Source: Alloascoidea hylecoeti
Taxonomy: Eukaryota
Length of the DNA: 35,577 nt
Direction: 5' to 3'
Assembly: GCA_001600815.1 (NCBI GenBank)
Contig: BCKZ01000010.1
Location: 451,527 to 487,103, forward strand
Each line of letters starts with the position of its first letter. Positions within the stretch are counted from its first letter, which is position 1. Under the pieces are notes generated by a model. That model was not told where the DNA came from. It saw nothing but the letters and a program-made list of their open reading frames with translations, and made no database searches. A program made the translations under genes and the position numbers. Positions 22,320 to 30,596 of this stretch are shown piece by piece.

Positions 22320-23180
22320 AATATACAACCAAAAGGAGTATCGGACAGACACCACCAGTTTTATCATAACATAGAGAGAATGGGAGGGTCTAAACCACCG
22401 GCTAGAGCTCCCTATAGAATGTCATATAAAGATAATGAAGAACTACAACGACAGTTAAAAGAACTGTTGGAGAATGGGTCAATATCTAGGTCACAATCCC
22501 CATATTCGGCACCAGTGTTATTTGTGAAGAAAAAAGATGGTAGTATGAGGTTATGTGTTGATTATAGACTTCTAAACAACCAAACGATTAAGAATAGGTA
22601 TCCTTTACCGGTAATCAATGACTTGTTAGATCAATTACATGGTGCTAAAGTATTCTCGAAGTTAGACTTGATATCTGGCTATCACCAAATTGTTATAAAG
22701 GAATCAGATAGGGCGAAAACAGGATTCACAACGAAAGATGGACATTTTGAATGGAATGTAATGCCGTTTGGGTTAACCAATGCCCCGGCCACCTTTCAGT
22801 ACGTTATGAATGATGTTTTAGCAGATTTTAAGGGCAAGTTTGTGATAGTATATTTAGATGACATTTTAATATACTCAAAGAACGAGAAAGAGCATGAAAA
22901 ACATGTCAAACTGGTATTGGAGAAACTTAGAGCTAACAAACTTAGAGCAAAGAAGAAAAAATGTGCATTTATGTTGAAAGAATTAGACTTTTTAGGACAT
23001 AAGATCACAAGTAATGGGATCATGCCGGATAATAAGAAAGTAGCCACCATTAGGGAATGGCCGGTACCCAAAAATGATAAAGAAGCACAATCATTCTTAG
23101 GACTACTATTATAGAAGATTTATTGCTCAGTATTCAAAGATAGCAAAACCCATGATAGAATTCGCAAACAAAGCATATTA
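22320..23180 (+). pseudogene. Ty3/gypsy reverse-transcriptase fragment (right arm), frameshifted at ~23103
   Basis: Same RT motifs including YLDD. It extends slightly further 5' into the loop (QPKGVSDRHHQFYHNIE). GGACTACTATT versus GGAATAGCAAACTATT in the left arm is a 5-nt deletion plus one substitution. Confidence 0.95.
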
Positions 23181-24094
23181 AACACATTTAAATCTATGAA
23201 CTTTTAACAATTATGAAACTCTTTCATTTCTTGCTTTGATTATCCATACTAATCTTAACCTTATAGCTTCATCGAACCGCACATAATACCCTCTCTCTTA
23301 TCTTCGGGCTGCTTCCTAACCACAATATTTTAAAAGTAGGCCTATAATCAATTTTGCTACTTTCCATGTAAAAAGTTTATAACACTATCCATTACAATAT
23401 AAAACTTTATATGTAGTTATAGCGCTATGATACTAATTTGTAAAAAAAAAACTTGCACTATTTTAAAGAAAGGTCATTTAATACTTCCGTTATCACTAAT
23501 GGTGAAAATAGTAGTATTGGATCAGGACGAGGTGTGATCACTTTAATGGTTGATTTTGATTCGAAATCGAACAAGTCATAGGTTTATCCGACAGCCATTT
23601 AAAATAACCTATTTTAGGATCTATGGAATGAATAGTTTTAAATTTCATATGATCATTTGAATTTCCATAGATATTGGCAGCCGATACATATTTAGTCATA
23701 TCGAGATATGATTGTAGCATGTAAGAAGAAAGTACAGAGTATGAAGGGATGATATCTTAAAGGAATTAAATGCCTTTAATGATTCGGTTGGTTTTGTGCT
23801 GATAGATCAGGAACTGTAACACAATTTTACCATAGTTAAGAACAAATTTGCAGAAAAGGTATATTTGCACATAGGCCTTGCACTATGGTATACCATAGGC
23901 TTATAAAGTTATATAGTAACACCGAGCGTCCTGTTGATAAATGTGGATATTGCGATTGTAAGTTATATGGTCATCTCCCGATATTCTACCTAATTGTACG
24001 CTATAGCTATACGCAAATAAACAACAGTTATAAATATAGATGCACATATGGGTCTCTATAATTATATCTATAGCAATTATATGATTAGTAGCTA

Positions 24095-24240
24095 GTTGGG
24101 AGTTTTAGCTAGTTGAAAGAGAGCTATAAAAGTTTGTCACATCGAATCCATGGAGACTTTTCTGATTTCTCCAATAAGTGAATGGATCTCCATCCGATAA
24201 AACATTTTTAAAACTATTTGTATTCTTGCTGAGGTTTGAA
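24095..24240 (-). mobile_element. Possible hAT transposase C-terminal dimerisation-domain relic
   Basis: The minus strand reads QQEYK*F ... DPFTYWRNQK...FY[frameshift]ALFQLAK, reminiscent of the hAT E..Y..DPL.WW....YP.L..LA pattern. The match is short and degenerate. Confidence 0.3.
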
Positions 24241-24812
24241 CTTTCCATTATAACTAGGCCTATGGTTTGAATTAGTACTGTTGATATTATAACCATTTGA
24301 TAAGTTATTATCAGTTTCCAAAATAGAAACTGTAGGTGATAATTATAATGAAACTAGACCGAATATAGCGAAAATGGTTGGTAAATTTATTCTTCAAGGT
24401 TGATAATATTATAGAAGATGATTTAGTAGATGATAATTCATTATATAATTACCAGTTGATATAATATTTTTACTTGCATGATGATTTTAACTATGCATAT
24501 TGATTCCCAAAACGAATATTAGGATCTTCTATCATTTCATTGTAATATGGTAATTTGTTCGAATTTTGTAAATTTAAATGATTGATTTCCACTATCTCAT
24601 GACTTAACCCTAGAAATATAAACAAATCGTATTAGTGTCTTAACCTATTTCAAAGATGTTTAGCTATTAGTATAATAATAATCATTGTTAAAAATTGAAG
24701 TAACAAATAAAAAAAAAATTTTTTTTTTTTTTTGCTTTTTTAAGAAATATATATGTACCTTTTGTAATAATTATAATTATTTTCTTATCCACCACTATTT
24801 ATGATCTTTCTT

Positions 24813-27800
24813 TTAATTTCTTCTTCTTCTAGAACTTACTTTCTTTAAGAGAGATGTAACTCGATTAGTATTTTTCTTTTTCTTTGTATCTTCTTTTTTA
24901 TTGGAACGTAATTCTACTTCTCCAATTGTACTATCATCATCAAAAGAAGACGATAAAGATTCTCTTGATTTATTTCGAAATATATGTTTTGAAAAATTCT
25001 TACCTTTATTACCATTCGGAGTTAAATTGGTTGTCGGATTTGGTGTATTTGAAACACTCTGTGATTTCCCTGCAAGTGTTGATGTTGATGTTGATGATGG
25101 TGATGGAGATGGAGCTATTGATATTGAATTTCTAATCGGAATTGTTGCGGGTGCAGAATTTGGCGTCATTTTTGGCTCGATGGAAGTTTCGGTTATTGGG
25201 GTTTCAACTTTTATCTCCAATGGTTCATTCTCATCTATATGTAAATTTGATATCGGAGTGGTTGGCCTTTTGAATGATCTTGTTGAATTTGTTCTATGAT
25301 GATTGATTGAAGATGATGATCTTGCCAATTCTGGTTTTCTACTTGTTGGTGTAATTGATCTTGGAGTAATGGAAATTTTAGGTGTTGAAGATTCAGTTTG
25401 ATTTGAATCTTCTATAGGAATAATATTATGATTTGCTATAAATTCTTCATGAGATTCATATTCTTCATCCCTAATACCTGCTAATTTAACCATACTTTTT
25501 GTTTTTGTTAATTTTCTGTTTAAATCATTTGTTGATAAACTTGAAATCATATGATCAGATGGCGTTAAACTTGATCTTCTAAACTGTGATACTTCAGTTG
25601 AGATTATTGATGAGTTATCACCTTCATTAAATGAATCTAATTCAGGTATACAATCTTCGATCGTAGCATCACTTAAATTAATTGAAATTGATGTATTTGT
25701 GTTTGAATCATATGAAGCATGCATTGAATCCGATTTCAATGATGTAGAAGATAATGAATTAACTCTATTTGATTTTGCAATTGAAGGTGATGATCTTAAA
25801 GATAGATCATTTGGTGATAATGGATCAATTGAAGAATTATCATCATCATCTTTTGAATTTATTGTCTTATCATATGAAAATGAAAACGCAGGATCTAATG
25901 ATCTAACACTGTTTTCTTTTACTAATGGAATTGATGATGTTCTTATTGATGATAGATTTTTCATAGAATTTAATCGTCCTGATCTTGATGGATGGAAGTT
26001 ATTTGTTGGAGAGCTTGTTTTTCTTCTTGGTTCATTTTGTGATTGCGATTGTAATTGTGGTTGTAATTCTTGTCTTTTAAGAGATCCTCTTATAATTGAT
26101 TGTAATTGAACATTATCATCACTATTTTTGATTTCTTGATCGATTCTTTTGTTCTTATTTCTCAACGATTCACCACGAATAATAGATTGTAATTGAATGT
26201 TATCATCATTATTACTAATTTCTTCAACAATTATTCTATTCTTATTTCTAATCGAAACACCACGAATAATTGATTGTAATTGAACATTGTCATCATCATT
26301 ATTAATTTCTTTATCAATTAATCTATTCTTATTTCTCAACAAAGTACCACGAACAATAGATTGTAATTTAATAATTGGTGATTTTCTAATTTTAAAAGTA
26401 ATTTCTTTTAATAAATTATTATAAATACTTCTTTGTTTTTTACCTTTAATTAATGATTGTAATAAAATTGTTGACCCAAATTCTAAAGTTCTTTGAAATT
26501 CTAAATTTGATCTTCTAAATAATTTTTTTCTTGAAATTGATTGAAGTTTAATAATACCTAATGAATATTGATTTAATTGATTTTTAAATTTTTTAAATTT
26601 TAAATCATATTGATTTTTTTTAATTAATGATTGTAATTGAATTAATTTTTTGAGATTATTATTTTCATTTAATTGATTTTTAATATTATTAATAGATTTC
26701 TTTAAGTTCTTACTTTTTATTAATGATGTTAATAAAACTTGTGAATTTAAATTTAAATTTTTATTTAAATCATTATTTAATTGATTTTGAAAATTTCTTA
26801 AAAGGTAACCTCTTGAAATATTTTGTAATAAAATTGTATCATTTTCAAGAATTGTTAATTTTTCTTTTAATGATTTTAAAACTAATTTTTTTTTAAAAAT
26901 TGATTGTAAATTAGTTATTTCATCATTAATAACAACATCATTAAACAATTTATCTTTAATTAAATTTAAATCATTTTGAATTTTTTTTTGACGAATTATT
27001 GATTGTAAAGAAACTATTTCATTTTCATTATTAAAAAATGCTTGTTTAATCATGTTATTAATTGAATCTAAAACAAGTTTTTTTCTTATTATTGATTGAA
27101 GTTTTGTTAAATTTTCAGAATTATCAATTAATTTATTAAATATTTCATTTTGATTATTCTTATATTTTAAACTTCTTGATAATGATTGTAATTTAATAAT
27201 ATCTTTTTCATATTTATTAATTGATTTTAATAATTGATTAGTTGATTTTTGTAAATTTTTTAAACGTAATAAAGATTGTAATTGAATAATTGATATAGTT
27301 GATGATTCATTTGATAATTCATTTATTAAAATTTCATTTGAATTTCGAATTCTTTGTGCTTTTGTTATAGCTTGAAGTTTTTCAATATTTGGAATTTCAA
27401 GTTTTAATTCATTAATAGTTTTATTGGTAAAATTTCTATATAAATTACCTTTTATTAATGATTGAATTTTAATAATAGAATCTACATTATTTTCATTTTC
27501 AAGTTTATCAGATAATTCATTTAAATTTTTTTTAGATAATTTTAATCTTAGTAAAGCCTGAAAAGCAACGATATTATTTGAATCTTTTGATAACTCGTTT
27601 ATGATATTTTGATTTGAATTTCGATATTTTTTAGCTTTTATTATAGCCTGAAGATTTTCAATATTTGAAAAGTTTAATTTTGATTTTAATTCATTTAAAG
27701 ACTTTCTAGTTGAATGACTTCTCACTAATGATTGAAATTTAATAATAGATTCTTTATTATTATCAAATTTATTAGATATTTCATTTAAATTATTTTTAAT

Positions 27801-30263
27801 TAAGTATCTTCTTATTAAAGATTGTAAATTTGTTAAATCATTAAGACAATTTTCTTTCAATTCACTAGATATATCATCATTATATTTTCGACGATATAGT
27901 TCACCTCGAGCCAAAGCTTGTAAAATTGTGATATTCAAAAACTCTTTAGATAATCCATTCAAAACGTTTTCCTTTGATCCACGATATAATTTACTTTTTG
28001 CTATAGCTTGAAAATGTTTTAAAGTTTCTGAAGAATCGTTAGTCAATTCATTTTTTAACTTTTCATTGGAATGACGGAGTAAATAACCTCTTGCTATAGA
28101 TTGAACAATAACAATGGAATCATGGTTATCATCGAACTTATCAGATAATTCTTTCAGGGTATGTTTGGCTAATTGTAGTCTAAGTAAGGCCTGAAGAGCT
28201 GCAACATTTGAATTTTCAGTAAGATCGTTTATAAGCTTATCATTAGAATTATGATATAAGCGGCCTTTCACTATAGCTTGAAGAGCTTCAATATTTGAGT
28301 TATTTGATAAGTCGTTTATAAATCTTTCATTTGAATTACGAAATAACTCGCCTTTTACTATAGCTTGAAAAACTGCAAGATTTGAATTTTCAGTTATTTC
28401 ATTTATAATCTTATCATTATAACCACGGTATAATTGACCTTTAATTATAGCTTGAAGAGCTTCAATATTTGACTTTGACTGTTCAATAAGATTATCTATA
28501 AGCTTATAATTTGAATCACGAAATAATTCACCTCTTACTATAGCTTGAAGAGCTGTAATATTTGAATTTTTTGATAATTCACTTTTAAATCTCTCATTTG
28601 AATCACGAAGTAAATAGCCTCTTGTTAAAGATTGAATATCAACAATGGAATCATGATTATCATCAAATTCATCAGATAATTCTTTCAGGGTATGTTTAGC
28701 TAGTTGTAATCTGAGCAAGGCCTGAAGAGCTTCAATATTTGAGTTTCCAGTTATTTCATTTAAAACTTTAGCTTTAGAATCACGATGTAAGTAAGATCTG
28801 GCCATAGCCTGAAAAGTTAAAATATTTGAAGATGATTTAAATAATTCATTAAATAAGTTTTCTTTTGACTGACGATATAATTCACCTCTTGTTAAAGCTT
28901 GAAATTTTACGATATCTGATTCATAATCATAATCAACATTTTCTTCTTCGTCTTCTTCATTATCATCATCTTCAATAAAAGCGATATTTCCTTCATCATC
29001 ATCTTCTTCTCCATCACTTGACAAAGAATCAAGAAAACTTAAATCTTTTAATATGTCGTCATCATTATCATCATCTTCTTCAATAAAAGCTAAATCAGCA
29101 ACTTGTATATTATCAACTTCATTTAATTCATTTAATTCATTATTTTGATTATTTGATAAATCATCAGAAGTACTGTTATTATTAATTATTGCATCTAATG
29201 GAATTTCATGAGTTATAAAAGATTCATCAGGATTAATTGATTCATTATCATATTCATCAGAAGAAAAAATTAAGGCGTTATCATTATCATTATCATTATC
29301 ATTATCATTATAAATTGAATATGATGAAGAATTTGAAGAATGTGTAAAAGATTCAAATGATTTTGGTGGAAATGCTTCAAGTATTTCTTTTTGAATAGAT
29401 TTAATATTTTCATCTAGATCTATTTGTGAATCATTTTCATTTTCATCAAGTTGTAATTCGTTTTGATCTTCATGTTGAGATTGTGATTGTTGATCATTTA
29501 AATTTAAATTATCATTTACTATAGGAATATGAGATTCAAGAATTTTATAATGAACAGGAGATAATGATATTTGAGTAGTTTCAAAATTATTTTGATTTTC
29601 AATAGATTTATTATGATTTTGATTTTTCAATTGTAATGTATCATTTTGAATAGATTGTTGTAGTTGAAATTCTGGATTTTTAGCAATTATTGATAATGAA
29701 GATTTTAGATCATTTAATAACCAAACCCCAATTATTTTTAAGATAAATTTAAATTTTATTAACAATAATATTAAACAAGAAGTTAAAAATTGAAAAGAAG
29801 TTATATTTAAAATGAAAAATGGTAAAATTGTATTTGGAGGTGGGATTTTGAAGTTTTGAATAAAAAATTTAACCGAAGAGATCAAAGAAACGAAAGCTTT
29901 TGGTCTGTCAACGTTGATATCGATTAAAAATAATTGCAAGGGGTCCAATGGGCGCTCGGGAGTGAGGATAGTTGGCATGTCCAGAGAGAAGACATTCGTT
30001 TCTTCGTCACTGTAATCGTCGAATTGAGATGGATGGGGTTCGAATCCGAATTCCGATTCGGAAGGGATGGAGGTGGTGGTAACGGTAGTGGCCGTAGCAG
30101 CGATAGTGGAAGCCAGGTCGAACAGGTCGAACGTGTCGAACGTGTCGAACGTGTCGAACGTGTCTCCGAAGTCCGCACCGGGGGCGGCGGGAGAAGTCAG
30201 CTGGAGTCTCTGGGCTGTGGACTGTTTGTTAGTAAAGTTACGGACGCGACGCGACACCCACAT
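24813..30263 (-). CDS. Large protein with ~32 tandem IQ-like motifs, an N-terminal hydrophobic segment, an acidic region and a Ser-rich basic tail
   Basis: 1816-aa uninterrupted ATG ORF. [I/L]xx[L/F]Q[A/S]xxRGxLxR repeats every ~29-31 aa across 28920-26070. No CH, RasGAP or motor domain is recognisable. Confidence 0.85.
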   Translation of the reverse strand: MWVSRRVRNFTNKQSTAQRLQLTSPAAPGADFGDTFDTFDTFDTFDLFDLASTIAATATTVTTTSIPSESEFGFEPHPSQFDDYSDEETNVFSLDMPTILTPERPLDPLQLFLIDINVDRPKAFVSLISSVKFFIQNFKIPPPNTILPFFILNITSFQFLTSCLILLLIKFKFILKIIGVWLLNDLKSSLSIIAKNPEFQLQQSIQNDTLQLKNQNHNKSIENQNNFETTQISLSPVHYKILESHIPIVNDNLNLNDQQSQSQHEDQNELQLDENENDSQIDLDENIKSIQKEILEAFPPKSFESFTHSSNSSSYSIYNDNDNDNDNDNALIFSSDEYDNESINPDESFITHEIPLDAIINNNSTSDDLSNNQNNELNELNEVDNIQVADLAFIEEDDDNDDDILKDLSFLDSLSSDGEEDDDEGNIAFIEDDDNEEDEEENVDYDYESDIVKFQALTRGELYRQSKENLFNELFKSSSNILTFQAMARSYLHRDSKAKVLNEITGNSNIEALQALLRLQLAKHTLKELSDEFDDNHDSIVDIQSLTRGYLLRDSNERFKSELSKNSNITALQAIVRGELFRDSNYKLIDNLIEQSKSNIEALQAIIKGQLYRGYNDKIINEITENSNLAVFQAIVKGELFRNSNERFINDLSNNSNIEALQAIVKGRLYHNSNDKLINDLTENSNVAALQALLRLQLAKHTLKELSDKFDDNHDSIVIVQSIARGYLLRHSNEKLKNELTNDSSETLKHFQAIAKSKLYRGSKENVLNGLSKEFLNITILQALARGELYRRKYNDDISSELKENCLNDLTNLQSLIRRYLIKNNLNEISNKFDNNKESIIKFQSLVRSHSTRKSLNELKSKLNFSNIENLQAIIKAKKYRNSNQNIINELSKDSNNIVAFQALLRLKLSKKNLNELSDKLENENNVDSIIKIQSLIKGNLYRNFTNKTINELKLEIPNIEKLQAITKAQRIRNSNEILINELSNESSTISIIQLQSLLRLKNLQKSTNQLLKSINKYEKDIIKLQSLSRSLKYKNNQNEIFNKLIDNSENLTKLQSIIRKKLVLDSINNMIKQAFFNNENEIVSLQSIIRQKKIQNDLNLIKDKLFNDVVINDEITNLQSIFKKKLVLKSLKEKLTILENDTILLQNISRGYLLRNFQNQLNNDLNKNLNLNSQVLLTSLIKSKNLKKSINNIKNQLNENNNLKKLIQLQSLIKKNQYDLKFKKFKNQLNQYSLGIIKLQSISRKKLFRRSNLEFQRTLEFGSTILLQSLIKGKKQRSIYNNLLKEITFKIRKSPIIKLQSIVRGTLLRNKNRLIDKEINNDDDNVQLQSIIRGVSIRNKNRIIVEEISNNDDNIQLQSIIRGESLRNKNKRIDQEIKNSDDNVQLQSIIRGSLKRQELQPQLQSQSQNEPRRKTSSPTNNFHPSRSGRLNSMKNLSSIRTSSIPLVKENSVRSLDPAFSFSYDKTINSKDDDDNSSIDPLSPNDLSLRSSPSIAKSNRVNSLSSTSLKSDSMHASYDSNTNTSISINLSDATIEDCIPELDSFNEGDNSSIISTEVSQFRRSSLTPSDHMISSLSTNDLNRKLTKTKSMVKLAGIRDEEYESHEEFIANHNIIPIEDSNQTESSTPKISITPRSITPTSRKPELARSSSSINHHRTNSTRSFKRPTTPISNLHIDENEPLEIKVETPITETSIEPKMTPNSAPATIPIRNSISIAPSPSPSSTSTSTLAGKSQSVSNTPNPTTNLTPNGNKGKNFSKHIFRNKSRESLSSSFDDDSTIGEVELRSNKKEDTKKKKNTNRVTSLLKKVSSRRRRN
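30114..30164. repeat. 9-bp coding tandem repeat (GTCGAACGT / GTCGAACAG), ~5.5 copies, encoding DTF/DLF
   Basis: CAGGTCGAACAGGTCGAACGTGTCGAACGTGTCGAACGTGTCGAACGTGTC. Confidence 0.9.
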
Positions 30264-30450
30264 ATCCGGAACCGGCGCCGGGAAACGGCGGAGGACTCAC
30301 CAAAGTCGGCCACCATCTGCGGCACGGAGGCCAGCTGGTCCAGCCGAGGAACCCACAGCGGGGCGAAGGAAAACAGCAGGGCTGCCAGAAAGGCAAAGAT
30401 CATGGTTGGAAAAAGAAGGAAAGAGGAAAAAAGTGGGAATGTAATTCAGT

Positions 30451-30487
30451 ATGCACGTGCATGCACCTGGTCCGAAGCGGTCACGTG
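30451..30487. promoter_or_regulatory. Two CACGTG E-boxes in the divergent IQ-gene/importin promoter
   Basis: ATGCACGTGCAT palindrome 30451-30462 and GTCACGTG 30480-30487. Confidence 0.5.
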
Positions 30488-30596
30488 GACGCAGGAACCT
30501 ATGCACGGCTGCATCTACCAAATATTTATCTATTTATTTATGTCTCCTGTTTTTTCTTCTCCTTTTTGTTTTCTTCTTTTCTGAGATGGTAATTAA

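Larger units (their letters stand above)
21252..23377. repeat. Near-perfect ~2.1-kb palindrome: core arms 21301-22298 and 22353-23344, 54-nt loop 22299-22352, diverged outer extensions
   Basis: The two opposite-strand RT ORFs translate identically from YHNIER to SFLG, and spot-checked DNA is the exact reverse complement. A few substitutions and indels appear in the outer ~250 bp, plus one mismatch near the loop. Confidence 0.97.

Noticed and set aside
21580..23071. Twin 91-aa ORFs (21580..21855 + and 22796..23071 -)
   Set aside because: They are antisense shadows of the RT, identical only because of the palindrome.
21465..23114. Two functional stand-alone RT genes (retron, DGR or group II-like system)
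   Set aside because: The motifs are plainly Ty3/gypsy pol. The predicted N-termini are read-through of the loop and opposite arm, both copies are truncated, and one is frameshifted. Translation from the internal MGGSKPP ATG cannot be fully excluded.
21252..23377. Complete LTR retrotransposon
   Set aside because: No direct-repeat LTRs, PBS/PPT, gag, protease, RNase H or integrase were seen.
24709..24733. A10-T15 palindrome
   Set aside because: Low-complexity 3'-end sequence, unremarkable in an AT-rich genome.
30114..30164. CRISPR-like or regulatory array
   Set aside because: It is a spacerless 9-bp in-frame coding minisatellite in a eukaryotic gene.
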